From Squalus acanthias (Eukaryota): DNA of 64,000 bases. Position numbers and translations under genes: made by a program. Numbering within the stretch: position 1 is the first letter of the stretch; every line of letters begins with the position of its first letter. The notes below the pieces were generated by a model. The model made no database searches and had not been told where the DNA came from. It saw only the letters and a list, made by a program, of their open reading frames with translations. Positions 35,566 through 48,980 of the stretch are shown here, piece after piece. The stretch spans positions 7,998,001 through 8,062,000 of the forward strand of contig CM059432.1 of NCBI GenBank assembly GCA_030390025.1. The letters are read 5' to 3'.

Positions 35566-36474
35566 GCTAGCAGGTTTTAAGCAAGTACAGAGGCAGGGAA
35601 TTGGGGGAAGGAGGGGGCGGGAAATGAAGGGAAGGGAAGGGAGGAAATAACAAAGGGAATGTCTGTGATGGGAGGGAGGGCAGGAGGGATTAAACGACAA
35701 CATTCGCTAACTTCTTCCAGTTCTGATGGAAGGGGTTTTCCAGCATTTTCTGTTTTCATTTCCGATTTCCAGCATCCGCTGTATTTTGCTTTTGCAATGT
35801 TGTCAAGCAGTCAGCTTCAAGCATATTTACAGGGTAACACGCAAGTGGAGAGAGTGTGATACGCTCAGAAATTGTTCCCCATACAGTTCACTCCACTCTG
35901 ACCCTGTCTCACTTTGAACAATTTATCAGGGTTCCCGCTTCCTGTTGACAATGTGAAGTTCCATTAGTCCCACACACTCAGGATCACTGCTGAATGTCCC
36001 TGCCTTATTTCACAATGATCTTACTGTCAACTGTAAAGTGGCTCCTTATGAAAGCATCTGTGAGAAAATGACATTTACTCAAGGCAAAGGGTATTATTGC
36101 AACTCCTCGGTATTTTTTGCTTTTTCAATATGTTTATAGATTGGCTTGCCTCACCGCTTCCTCACACTTGCCCTGAAAAGTGTTTGCCGCTTCTTCTAAA
36201 TGGCACTGTCATCATTGTGGAAAATAACTTCTTTCAGGATGATTCTATTGCAAAAATCTGGTTCACCTTGAGTGCTTCTATGAGGCAATCCGATTGAAGG
36301 CCAGGTACAGTTACCCTGCGATTGGAATTGTCCGTGGGGAAACAAGGGAGCAATGGAACGACTCGCATTTCTGTAGCACCTTTCACGACCTCAGGACGTC
36401 CCAAAGCGCTTTACCGCCAATGAAGTACTGTCACTGTTGTAATGTAGGAAATGCAGCCGTTCCTCAGACACATT

Positions 36475-37367
36475 GGGGGAGAAATTCAGTATCGCCCCAT
36501 TTGGAGTGCAATTATCGGCCGGGCGCAAAGATTAGCACCTGGCGCTAATTATTGCCTCCGACTGCAAACTTGACTTTTATCGCCCCTGGAGGTGATTGGA
36601 GCGCTAAATCAGGCGCTACACACCTGTCTTAAGGTGCAAAGGCCGAGCAGCGAGGCGCTACCTCAGAGCGCTGGCGAAGCTCATGTGATGTCAGTCAGCA
36701 ATGGAACACAGACACAATGGCGCCAGACAGTTCTTAAAGGGAAGGGTTGATCTTGCTCTCCATCCACATCCTGCTCATTGCAGCCTTGAATCTCGGCCTG
36801 GAGAGACCTGTACATCAAATCTGCTGGAAAGAACAATGCAGAGGCCCAGGGAAAGAGCTCAGAGTGCAGCCCCCACAGTCTCTTCTAAATCGATACAAGG
36901 AAGGGCAAATCAAAATGAACCTGCAAAGGGCTGCTCAGTACCCAAAACTCCTTCACACAGCATTGAATCTCTCCAGAAGTCTCTTTCTCTCTCTCTCAGA
37001 ATGCGTGGTTCAAAAATGTCACCAACAATAAAAGGCAGGAAGCGGTCACCTTTAAATAGCGCTCCCCCAGTCCCTTCCTGACTGCAAAACGCTCCCCTCA
37101 ACCTGTCGTTGCTAGCGTCAGGCGGTAAGGCAGGGGGCGCCACTCAATATCCGCTCCGGGGCGATACCGGGGCGTTGCGCACTCGACTGACGTCACGATC
37201 TGCCAGTGCAGGAGATCGTGGCGGTAGTGTTTAGCGCCGCCGCAAAATGTCTAGTTAATTTCACGAGCGGCGCAAACTTCGCCGCGCCTGGGCGCTAGTT
37301 GCTTTGCGCCCCATTAGCGCCCTCTTAAGGCGCTAACGGGAGGCGCAACCAACTGAATTTTTCCCCC
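36475..37367. mobile_element. GC-rich Harbinger-type MITE, TSD ATT
   Basis: TIR GGGGGAGAAATTCAGT/ACTGAATTTTTCCCCC; ATT at 36472-36474 and 37368-37370. Confidence 0.85.
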
Positions 37368-37596
37368 ATTGAGCTACCATTGCCTGTCAGCTTAGAATGT
37401 GGTTGAGGATGAGTAAATGCATCTGTAGTATAACCTGATCTGTTTGGCATCCATCTTTCAACCCTCCAGAAAACATAAATGCAATAAATGCGCCTCTGAA
37501 TCAGAAGGTCGTGGGTCCAAGTCCCACTCCACAAAATTTTGGCTGACACTCCCAGTGCAGTACCGAGGGAGTGCTGCACTATCGGAAGTGCCGTGT

Positions 37597-38731
37597 TGTG
37601 AAGAAATAAGCCATATAACCTATTCAGAAAAATACACTATCTTATGAAAGAATTCTGGCCTTATTAAAACATGACAAACTGGGTTTGGAAATTTAGAAAC
37701 CTAAGTATGAAATAGCTATGAAAGCATTCTGGCTATTGAGATAAGACAGTTGTTGACCCTGAATAAATAACCTTATTGAAACAGAAGGTGAAGGGCTCCG
37801 ACAAGCTGAAGTTTTGGGAACGAAACAATGGTTCACCCTGGATAAGGTGTTCTAATTTACACTTCGTAAAGAAGCACATAAGATAAGGAACATCTGCCCT
37901 CGTAAAGATGACATAAAGTAAGGAACACCTGCCGTCACACTGTTTTTATATGGTAAACTTAGAACACCTAGAGATGAGACATGAGCCTGGCTGAGGTGGC
38001 AGTAAGAGTTGCAGAGGTCGTCAGAAAAATGACTAGAGATAATTAGCTTGCATCAGCAGAAAACCTTAAAGGAAATACCACTGGAAAAGGGTATAAATAT
38101 TGAACTCTCAAATGGGATAACAGACTCGCTTTAATCGAGCAAAGCGATTCTCGGCTTCAGAGGCGGCTCTGTAGTCTCCAACTCTTTATACCTCGGGGAT
38201 CAAAGGTATTTGATATTGGGGGATATCCTGCCTGTATAAGAACTTTAAGAACTCTAATATTGTAGCGAAGTTAAGATTTAAAAGTAAGATTCTCTGATAA
38301 TAAGATCGTAAGTTTCTCTTTTTGGAACTGTTAATGTTGCGATTGACTCACCAACTGTAAATTGCATGTCGGTTCTTTAATAAATCTATATATTTTTAGA
38401 ATTGTCTCACATAAGATTTCTGTATCAAACTCGCAAACTCAATCTTTGTACGCTCTTTGGTGAGGAGTCGCTGAATTCTGGGGGAGTTTTCCGGACACTC
38501 ATAATATCCGGAACGTTACAGTCTAGCTAAACTTATTAAAAGCGCTATCTGGAGGACGGTAACATTCTTGGGTTGTTCCTTTCCTTTAGGGAGAGATGGT
38601 TCGGACCTTTAGACCCAATTAAGCGTCTTTAGGATTCGGCTACCTCAAACTTTAGTTGAAAGTGAACGTCTGAGAAATACGCCTGATCCGGGGTAGCCCT
38701 AAAGGGGCTCGGACTAGTAATTATCCCTTCA
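37597..38731 (+). mobile_element. Solo LTR (1135 bp) inserted in a Deu SINE
   Basis: TGTGAAG...CCCTTCA; TSD GTGT/GTCT (1 mismatch; host SINE reads GCC-GTCT-TTCGG); TATAAA 38092-38097; AATAAA 38379-38384. Confidence 0.85.
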
Positions 38732-39389
38732 GTCTTTCGGATAGGACATTAAACCAAGGCCTCGTCTGCTCTCTCAGGTGGACGTAAACGACTCCATAGC
38801 ACTATTTCAAACAAGAGCAGGGGAGTTCTCCCCGGTGTCCCGGCCAATATTTATCCCCAAAACAGATTATCTCATTGCTGTTTGTGGGAGCTTGCTGTGC
38901 GCAAATTGGCTGCCGCGTTTCCTACATTAAAACAGTGACTACACTTCAAATAGTAATTTATTGGCTGTAAAGCACTTTTGTCGTCATAAGGTTGTGAAAG
39001 GCGCTATAAAAATGCAAGTCTTTCTTCTTTCTTTATGAGAGGAAGAGGAGCAGGAGGCGATAACATTCTTTCTGGTGGACTGATGATAATGATGATGTTG
39101 AGGAAGAGGACACACTCCGCGGAGTCCCAGGAGCAGAATATTGCCCCATGTTCCTCTGCCCAATCTACTTCCATATCACTGGCTGCATCATTTGCTTTTT
39201 TCAGTCCCAGGCACCAGCTCAGATACTTTAAATGAGGAGGCATTAGAGAAGATGTGATTCCCAGAGGATCAGGGAGCCAGAGGAAGAGCGAGAGGCCAAG
39301 GATGCGGCACTTTGCCAGCGGAAGCCAAAGAGGAAATGCTGCCCATTGAGGTGTGGGATCCAGAACTCATGGATATTTGCCTGAAAAGA

Positions 39390-40090
39390 ACATAAGCACA
39401 TAAGAAATAGGAGCAGGAGTAGGCCATTCGGCCCCTCGAGCCTGCTCCGCCATTCAATAAGATCATGGCTGATCTGATCTTGGCTTCAACTCCACTTTCC
39501 CACCCGCTCCCCATAACCCTTGACTCCCCTGTAGCTCAAATATATGTCTATCTCAGCCTTGAATATAGTCAATGACTCCGCCTCCACAGCTCTCTGGGGT
39601 AGAGAATTCCAAAGATTCATCACCCTCTGAGAGAAGAAATTCCTCCTCATCTCCGTCTTAAATGGGCGACCCCTTATTTTGAGACTATGCCCCCTAGTTC
39701 TAGATACCCCGACTAGGGGAAACATCCTCCCTGCATCGACCCTGTCAAGCCCCCTCAGAATCTTATATGTTTCAATAAGATCACCTCTCATTCTTCTAAA
39801 CTCCTATGAGTATAGGCCCAACCTGCTCAACCTTTCCTCATAAGACAACCCTTTCATCTCAGGAATCAACCTCGTGAACCTTCTCTGAACAGCCTCCAAT
39901 GCAAGTTTATCCCTCCTTAAATAAGGAGGCCAAAACTGTACGCAGTGCTTCAGGTGTGGTCTCACCAATACCCTGTACAGTTGTAGCAAGACTTCCCTAC
40001 ATTTATACTCCATCCCCCTTGCAATAAAGGCCAACATTCCATTTGCCTTCCTAATTACTTGCTGTACCTGCATGCTAACTTTTTGTGGAT
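39390..40090 (-). mobile_element. CR1 LINE 3' portion
   Basis: QVIRKANGMLAFIARGMEYK...[11 protein letters not shown]...3' UTR. Confidence 0.9.
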
Positions 40091-40419
40091 GCTTAAGGAA
40101 CATCGTACCTGAGTGCAGGCTCTGAGGTCAGTCTCTGAGGATGCGGGGCGACCGACAGCTGTGATTCAGGGCCTACAACCTTACTTTGCAGGAAATTCAG
40201 GGGAGCATCAGAGAGGCCATTGCAGGAGGGAGGGAGCGAGGGGTGGTGGGGGGGTGGAAGGCAGTGTGCCTGGAGGATGGACCAATGGTGGGCGTGTGGG
40301 AGGTGGCTTAAGTGGAGCACAAACACCGGCATGGATCTGTTGGGCTGAATGGCATGTTTGTTTGCTGTAAATACAAAATAATAGACTCCAGGACAATCCT
40401 GGGGCGTTGGCAACCCCTA

Positions 40420-42700
40420 TTCCCTAGATTCTAGAATGGTCCCAGCGGATTGGAAGGTAGCAAATGTAACATCGCTATTCAAGAAAGGAGGGAGAGAGAA
40501 AACAGGGATCTACAGGCCAGTTAGCCTGACATCTCTCGTTGGGAAAATGCTGGAATCCATTGTTGAGGAAGTGGTATCAGGGCACTTAGAAAATCATAAC
40601 ATGATTAGGCAGAGTCAACATGGTTTTATGAAAGGGAAATCATGTTTGACAAATGTATTAGTTTTTTGAGGATGTAACTAGCAGGGTAGATAAAGGGGAA
40701 CCAGTGGATGTAGTATATTTGGATTTCCAAAAGGCATTCAATAAGTTGCCACATAAAAGGCTATTACACAAGATTAGGGCTCATGGGGTTGGGGGTAATA
40801 TAATAGCATGGATAGAGGATTGGTTAACGGACAGAAAACAGAGAGTAGAGATAAAAGGATCTTTTTCAGATTGGCAGGCTGTAACTAGTGGGGTGCCGCA
40901 AGGATCAGTGTTGGGGCCTCAGCTATTTACAATCTATATTAATGACCTAGATGAAGGGACCGAGTGTAATGTATCCAAGTTTGCTTATGATACAAAGCTA
41001 GGTGGGACAGTAAGCCGTGAGGAGAACACAAAGGGGGAGAAATTCCCCTCCTTTGCGCCTCCCGTGGGGGGCGCTAACGGGGCGCAAAGGCCTTTTCGCC
41101 CGTGCGCGGCACTGACCTCGCCACCTGCCAAATTCGGCGGGAGGTTAGCGGCGACGCTACGAGTTTGCGCCACGATCTCCTGCGCCCGGAGATCATGACG
41201 TCATCTCCGGGCGCATCACCCCGGTAGCGCCCCGGCACAAACATTCCCCTTCGCCCCCTGCAGCAGCGCCGGGCGATGGCAGCGAGTGCTGCAGGGGACA
41301 CGAGCAGGGCAGCCGGCCGCTAGCGGGGCGCCATTTTATGGTGAGGTGGCCGGCCGCCCTGAAAAAATGTCTGATTTTAAAAAAAACTATTTTTTTTGTA
41401 CTTCCGGACGCGGGGTCCGTGCCGCGATCGGTCAGCCCGGCACTCTGCTTGAGTGCCGGACTGATCGCGTGGCACCCCCGCTCCCCGGTGGTCCAGGTAA
41501 GTTTTTAAAAAACTGCAAGAGTTCGCAGGTTGGGGCCCTTCCCTTTAATTCAGGGAAGAGCCCCAGCAACGATTCAGCGCTATGTGTCCCCAGTGCATGG
41601 CGCTGCTGAGCTGTGCGCCCCAGGTCATGAACCTTCCCCCCTCTTGCACTCCAAGAAGGACGTGGAGCACTTGATTTGGTGCTCCACCTCCCCCATGGAG
41701 CAATAACTGGGAATTTCAGAGAGGCCGGAAGAGGTGAGCACCTGGCGCCAAATTTTCCAGCTTTTCTGGTTTAGCGCCCCCAACAGGGCTCGAGGGGAAT
41801 TTCTAGCCCAAAGAGTCTGCCAAGGGATATAGATAGACTCAGTGAGTGGGCAGTAAGGTGGCAGATGGAGTATAATGTAGGGAAATGTGAGGTTACTCAC
41901 TTTGGTAGGAAGAATAGAAAAACAGAATACTTTTTAAATGGTGAGAAACTTTCAAATGTTGGTGTTCAGAGAGATTTGGGTGTCCTCGTGCAAGAAACAC
42001 AGAAAGCTAGAATGCAGGTACAGCAAGCAATAAGGAAGGCAAATGGCATGTTGGCTTTTATTGCAAAGGGGGTTGGAGTATAAGAGTGAGGAAGTCTTGC
42101 TACAATTATACAGGGCCTTGGTGAGACCACACCTGGAGTACTGTGCACAGTTTTGGTCTCCTTATCTAAGGAAAGATATACTTGCCTTGGAGGCGGTACA
42201 ACAAAGGTTCACTAGATTGATTCCTGGGATGAGAGGGCTGTCCTATGATGAGAGATTGTGTAGAATGGGCCTATACTCTCTGGAGTTTAGAAGAATGAGA
42301 GGTGATCTAATTGAAACATGCAAGATTCTGAAGGGGATTGACAGGGTAGATGTTGAGAGGTTGTTTCCCCTGGGCTGGAGAGTCTAGAACTAGGGGGCAT
42401 AGTCTCAGGATAAGGGGTAGGCCATTTCAGACTGAGATGAGGAGGAATTTCTTCACTCAGACGGTTGTGAATCTTTGGAATTCTCTGCCCCAGAGGGCTG
42501 TGGATGCTGAGTCATTGAGTATATTCAAGGCTGAGATAGATAGATTTTTGGACTCATGGGGAATCAAGGGATATGGAGACCGAGCGGGAAAGTGGAGTTG
42601 AGGTCGATGATCAGCCATGATCTTATTGAATGGCGGAGCAGGCTCGAGGGGCCGTATGGCCTACTCCTGCTCCTAATTGTTATGTTCTTATGTTCTTATC
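40420..42700 (+). mobile_element. CR1 LINE (RT to tail), frameshifted, split by a MITE
   Basis: [34 protein letters not shown]; tail TTATGTTCTTATGTTCTTAT. Confidence 0.9.
41033..41809. mobile_element. Harbinger-type MITE, TSD AAA
   Basis: TIR GGGGGAGAAATTCCCCTC/GAGGGGAATTTCTAGCCC; AAA at 41030-41032 and 41810-41812; host CR1 rejoins. Confidence 0.9.
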
Positions 42701-43355
42701 TGACCCCCTGCCCCCACCCTCCAAATATGTAGAAAATAAAGTTAAAACATCAAAAAGGTGGAGGGTGGTGATAGGCTTGTGAAGGGAAAGTGCCTTAATC
42801 CATTGAAGTTTAAATTGAACTATTTTACGTGCGTGGATAAGGAAGGGGTGTGAAGCGACAGGCGGGAGTATTGAAACGTTCCCGACTGACTGACGGTATT
42901 TGCGGGATTTTTTTTGTTAGTCTGTTAAGAAAACTGTGAAGACAAAACTCAGCTCAGACCTCGCCACGGGCAGAAGCGCGGTGGAGCGGACGGTAAATCC
43001 ACCAATCCCAAAGGCAAGGTGGTTATCATTACTTGAAGCAGCCCGCTGGTGTTTGAAACATTTTTTAAAAATTCATTCTCGGGGATGTGGGCGTCGCTGG
43101 CAAGGCCGCCATTTATTGCCCATCCCCTAGTTGTGGGCCTCGTTGAAACGTTGGCAGCTGTTGGATACCAACCGCGTGGCTTGCCAAGCCGCTACAACAA
43201 CAACAGCAACAGCAACAACTTATCTCTATATAACGTCTTTACCGTAGCAAAACGTCCCAAGGCGCTTCACAGGGCCGTTAACGGACAAAATTGGACACCG
43301 AGCTACATAAGGAGATATTAGGACAGATGGTCAAAAGCTTGGTCAATGAGGGCAG

Positions 43356-43972
43356 TTGGGTGACCGCTTTGCGGAACACCTCCGTTCAGTCCATAAGGGT
43401 GATCCCGAGCTTCCGGTCGCTTGTCACTTTAATTCACCTCTCCACGCCCACTCAGACCTCACCGTCCTCGGCCTCTTGAATTGTTCCATGGAAGCTCAGC
43501 GTAAGCTCGAGGAACAGCACCTCATCTTCCGATTCGACACTTTACAGCCTTCCGGACTCAATATCGAGTTCAATAATTTCAGATCATAACCTCGGCCCCT
43601 ACCACACATATATATACATTTTATCCACCCTTTTGGTCGTGCCTTTTCCCTTTTTTTTCTCTCTCTCCCCCCACGGCAGCTGTCTCTCATTCTGCCAGCA
43701 TTTCACACTTCACACTTTCAGCCACCTTTTGTTTCTTAACCTGTCCTATTACCATCTCGTCTTGCCTTGAGCATCTCTTAATGTCTCTACTTACCATAGA
43801 CCACCCCTTTTGTTCTTTTATTCCTCCCCCCCAGCCTCCCCCTTGCTTTTCTATCTGTTTCATTTCCTGCCTTTTTCTCAGATCTGACGAAGGGTTTCGA
43901 CCTGAAACGTTAACTCTGTTTCTCTCTCACGGATGTTGCCTGGCCTGCTGAGTTTTTCCAGCGTTTTCTGTT
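43356..43972 (+). mobile_element. Penelope-like element 3' part with hammerhead motif (43880-43915)
   Basis: GDRFAEHLRSVHK...RKLEEQHLIFR..TLQPSGLNIEFNNFRS; CTGACGA-AGGGT-TTCG-ACCT-GAAACGTT. Confidence 0.85.
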
Positions 43973-44440
43973 GAGAGTCAACCATGTTGGTGTGGGACTG
44001 GAGTCACATGTAGGTCCAGACCGGGTAAGGACGGCAGGTTTCCTTCCCCTTCAAGGATACAAATGAATCAGATGGGTTTTTATGACAATCCGACTGCTTC
44101 TTAGTCACTTTTTGTTGATACCAGTTTTTTATTTACAGATTTTCTTTCTTTAAAAAAAAAACGGAAATTCAAATTCTCAAACTGCCATGGTGGAATTTGA
44201 ACTCAAAACTCTCAGGGTTATTGTGCCAGGCCTGGCTGGCGTATTAGCCCAGTAACACAAACCATTACACTCTAGTGCCATAGCTCTGGGGTACACACCT
44301 ACGTGAGTGGCACATGTCCCGATCCTCTCCCAGGGCTCTTCCTGGATTATTACAAAAATGAGTTAAAAAACTCTCCATCTCCTAAAGGACCCCAATTCCT
44401 GGTGTAACGAGGATAATGGTCGTTCTCTGGAATTGTCAAT

Positions 44441-44880
44441 GTCAGCCGTGGCTCAGTGGGTAGCGCTCCCGCTCTCTGAGTCAGAAGGTTGTGGGTTCAG
44501 AGTCCCACTCCAGAGACTTGAGCACACAAATGCTAGGCTGACACTCCAGGGCAGGGCTGTGGGAGTGTTGCACTGTCGGAGGTGTTGTCTTTCAGATGAG
44601 ACCTAAATTGAGGCCCCGTCTGCTCTCTCAGGTGGACGTAAAAGATCCACGGCCACTATTTCGAAGAAGTGCACAGAGTCCTTCTATCCCTCAATCAACA
44701 TCATGAAAAGAGATTATCTGCTCATTATCGCATTGCTGTTTGTGGGAGTTTGCAGTGAGCAAGCTGGCTGCTGCGTTTCTCTACATTACAACAGTGACTA
44801 CACTTCAAAAGTACTTCATTGGCTGTAAAGCATGTTGGAATGTCCTGAGGTCATGAAGGGTGCTGTATAAATCCAAATCT
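44441..44880 (+). mobile_element. Full-length tRNA-head, Deu-domain SINE (SacSINE1/AmnSINE1-like) with L2-like tail
   Basis: A-box TGGCTCAGTGG, B-box-like GGTTCAGAGTCC, central GATGAGAC..AAAAGATCC..GAAGAAG domain. Further copies ~25260-25570, 37490-39030, 47985-48670, 57840-58180. Confidence 0.75.
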
Positions 44881-45599
44881 TTACTGATTATCACTGTCTG
44901 GAAGAGTTTTGGGGCTTTTCCTAGGGTCCCCATAGATCTCTCACCAGCCCGAAGCTGGGGAGAATTCCATTGAGGGCTATTGAGAAACATAATGGAGTAA
45001 CCGGGGAACTCCTCCAGACACCCCCCACTTTGATGTGGGGTTGTGAGGGCAGGATTTTCCCACAACATTGGAATTTCTCATAAGGGCAGAACCGGGCACG
45101 GAATCCAGTGAAATTCTACTCCAGCCGGGGAATTTGTTCCAGTTTACTGGTCCCGTCAGGATACAGGATTGTTTTGGTTTCGATTTAAATGTGATGAACT
45201 TTTGACTCTTGGGCTAATGGAAAAGCCGGCCTGTGAGTTGTTGAGCAGACACTTCTGTCAGTTAACCACAAAAACCCAGACTTTTGTCTGCTGCTGAAGA
45301 ACAGCAACGGAAAACAGACGTAGGAACAGGAAAAGGTCACGACCTGGGACACTGCAACAACAACAACAACAAAAACCGAGAGAGGAGGCCCCTTTCAAGG
45401 AAGTCGGAAGGCGTGAGACTAAGCCTCAAGACTGACTAAAAAGGGGAATGATCCGCGCTATCGACAGGAGAGGCAACATGAAGAAGACAAGGAGGGGATC
45501 GCTTCGGCAGGCACTCCCGGCCTACTCCCCAGGACAACGGTCTGGTCAATCCCGTGTCCTTAACCGTATTCCACAATTGCGAGTATTGCTTCAAGCTGT

Positions 45600-47215
45600 T
45601 CATAGAAATCGTAGAAATTTATGGCAGAGAAGGGGGCCATTCGGCCCGTTGTGTCTGTGCCGGCCGACAAAGAGCTATCCAGCCCAATCCCACTTTCCAG
45701 CTCTTGGTCCGTAGCCCTGTAGGTTACGGCACTTCAAGTGCATATCCAAGTACTTTTTAAATGTGGTGAGGGTTTCTGCCTCTACCACCCTTTCAGGCAG
45801 TGAATTCCAGACCCCCTCTGACCCCGCCGTCGATCAAAACGATTTTAACCTTTGACCCGCCTCCAAACCCGCCCTCTCAGTGCCGATAAAATCACGGCCA
45901 GTGAGTGGGCAGTAAGGTGGCAGATGGAGTATAATGTAGGGAAATGTGAGGTTATTCACTTTGGTAGGAAGTATAGAAAAACAGAATATTTTTTAAATGA
46001 TGAGCAACTTTCAAATTTTGGTGTTCAGAGAGATTTGGGTGTCCTTGTGCAAGAAACACAGAAAGCTAGAATGCAGGTATAGCAAGCAATAAGGAAGGCA
46101 AATGGCATGTTGGCCTTTATTGCAAAGGGGTTGGAGTATAAGAGTAAAGAAGTCTTGCTGCAATTGTACAGGGCCTTGGTGAGACCACACCTTGAGTACT
46201 GTGCACAGTTTTGGTCTCCTTATCTAGGGAAGGATATACTTGCCTTGGAGATGGTGCAACGAAGGTTCACAAGATTGATTCCTGGGATGAGAGGGCTGTC
46301 CTATGATGAGAGATTGTGTAGAATGAGCCTATATTCTCTGGAGTTTAGAAGAATGAGAGGTGATCTCATTGAAATATACTAGATTCTGAAGGGGATTGAC
46401 AGGGTAGATGCTGAGAGGTTGTTTCTCCTGGTTGGAGTGTCTTGAACTAGGGGGCATAGTCTCAGGATAAGGGGTAGGCCATTTAAGACCGAGATGAGGA
46501 GACATTTCTTCACTCAGAGGGTTGTGAATCTTTGGAATTCTCTGCCCCAGAGGGCTGTGAATGCTGAGTCTTTGAGAGTATATTCAAGGCTGAGATAGAT
46601 AGATTTTTGGACTCTGGGGAATCAAGGGATATGGAGATCTGGCGGGAAAGTGGAGTTGAGGTCGATTATCAGCCATGATCTTATTGAATGGCGGAGCAGG
46701 CTCGAGGGGCCGAATGGCCTATTCCTGCTCTTATTTCTTATGTTCTTATGTTCTCATGCGCATATCCAAGTACCTTTTTAAATGTGTTGAGGGTTTCTGC
46801 CTCTACCACCCTTTCAGGCAGTGACTTCCAGACCCCCACCACCCTCAGAGTGAAAAAAGTTCTCCTCAACTCCCCTCTAATCCTTCTAACAATTACTTTA
46901 AATCTGTGCCCCCTGGTTATTGACCACTCTGCTAAGGGAAATAGGTCCTTCCTATCCACTCTATCTGGGCCCCTCATAACTTTATACACCTCAATTAAGT
47001 CTCCCCTCAGCCTCTTCTGTTCCAAAGAAAACAATCCCACCCTATCCAATCTTTGCTCATAGCCAAAATTCCCAGCCCAGGCAACATCCTCGTAAATCTC
47101 CTCTGCACCCACTCTAGCGCAATCACATCCTTCCTGTAATGTGGTGACCAGAACTGTACGCAGTACTCTAGCTGTGGCTTAACTAGTGTTTTATACAGTT
47201 CAAGCATAACCTCCG
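45600..47215. mobile_element. CR1 cluster: plus copy 45900-46750 among minus-strand CR1 pieces
   Basis: SEWAVRWQMEYNVGKCEVIHFG...; closely similar to 41840-42700. Confidence 0.85.
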
Positions 47216-48980
47216 CGTTGCTTATTGTTGTCTGGCAATCAATAACATGCTTAGTAATCTTAGTACTAGTTTCTGTGGCTGTTGTATCCACTCACGATTT
47301 TAAAGACCTCTATTAGGCCTATTAAAGAAAGCTTTAAAGGGACAAATCTTGGTTACTTTTCTAACAAATAGTGGAACAAAATAAAATCTAACGTTTTGTC
47401 ACTCGCATTGCCGTTTTTCAGAAATCTCTATGAAAACTCATTTGGAATTAAGGTGGAATGTACTCTGTAATCATAGAAAGATGCAGCACAGAAGGAGACC
47501 ATTCGGCCCATCGTGCCTGTGCCGGCTCTTTGAAAGAGCGACCCAATTAGTCCCACTCCCACTGCTCTTTCCCCATAGCCCTGCAAATTTTTCCTTTTCA
47601 AGTATTTATCCAATTCCCTTTTGAAAGTTACTATTGAATCTGCTTCCACCGCCCTTCCAGGCAGCGCATTCCAGATCACAACAACTCGCTGCGTTAAAAA
47701 AAATTCTCCTCATCCCCCCCTCTAGTTCTTTTGCCAATTATCTTAAATCTGTGTCCTTAGTTTCCGTCCTTCCTGCCGATGAAAACAGTCTCTCCTTATT
47801 TAGTCCAACAAAACGGCTCATAATTTTCAACATCTTGTTCCATTTATTACTGAATGGAAGGCTGTAGTCACTATTGCTGATCCTGGAGCAGACTAATGCC
47901 TCGGTTATTTTGTGGTGCATTGCGAAAGCAGCAGGTGCACATTGTCTTGGAGGATGTGATGTTACTTAAGTCCGTCATATCTGCGTCAGCCGTGGCTCAG
48001 TGAGCAGCATTCTTGCCTCTGAGCCAGAAGATCATGAGTTCAAAGTCCCACTCCAGGGACTTCAGCACAGAATCTTGCAGTGCTGCCCTGTGGGAGGTGC
48101 CTGTCTTTCGGATGAGACGTTAAACCGCGGCCCCGTCTGCTCTCCCAGGTGGAGGTAGAACATCCCATGGCCAATATTTCAAAGAAGAGGCGGGGAATGC
48201 TCCCTGGTGTCCTGTGACCAATGTTTATCCCTCATCCAGCACCAAAAAACAGACAATCCGATCGTTATCACATTGATGTTTGCGGTCCGACTCCAGAGAC
48301 TTGAGCACAAAAATCTAGGTTAACACTCCAGTGCAGTGCTGAGGGAGCGCTGTCCTTTCGAATGAGACGTTAAACTGAGGTCCCATCTGCCCTCTCAGGT
48401 GACATAAAAGATCCTATGGCAATCTTCGAAGAAGAGCAAGGGAGTTCTCCCTGGTATCCTGCCCAGTATTTATCCCTCAATCAGCATAACTAAAAACATC
48501 ATTAAAACAGATTATCTGGTCATTATCACATTGCTGTTTTTGGGAGCTTGCTGTGCGCAAATTGGCTGCCGTATTTCCTACATTACAACAGTGACTACAC
48601 TTCAAAAATGCTTCATTGAGGCGACCTAAGGTTGTGAAAGGCACTATAGACATGCAAGTCTTTCTTTCTTTTTAATGGTTATAATGCCTTGGCTTGCTCT
48701 GAATTGAAGTGTTTTTTTTTTGGCTCCTCTCCTCGAGTTACTGGTTCATACTGAGTACATCTCCATGGCCCAAAGCCAGGGGAGCATTTTTCATGTGTAA
48801 TTCTAGACAGCAACAAGTGTCAGCCAGCTATTACACCAAGAGGGGTATCACAGCAAAGCTTAATTGGAAAAGAACCAGAGGAGAGGTTTTTTTTTACGCA
48901 GCGAGTTGTTGTGATCCGGAACGCGCTGCCTGAAAGGGCGGTGGAAGCAGATTCAAGAGTAACTTTCAAAAGGAAATTTT

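Noticed and set aside
26029..37367. Segmental duplication or paired LTRs
   Set aside because: Each copy has its own TIRs and unrelated flanks: independent MITE insertions
14333..38731. One 24-kb provirus bounded by the two LTRs
   Set aside because: Each LTR has its own TSD and host element; no PBS, gag or pol between them
41033..41809. CpG-island promoter (also 1-230 and 48981-49633)
   Set aside because: High GC/CpG is confined within TIR-bounded MITEs
44441..44515. tRNA gene (also 52035-52125)
   Set aside because: A/B boxes run straight into SINE bodies; no complete cloverleaf seen
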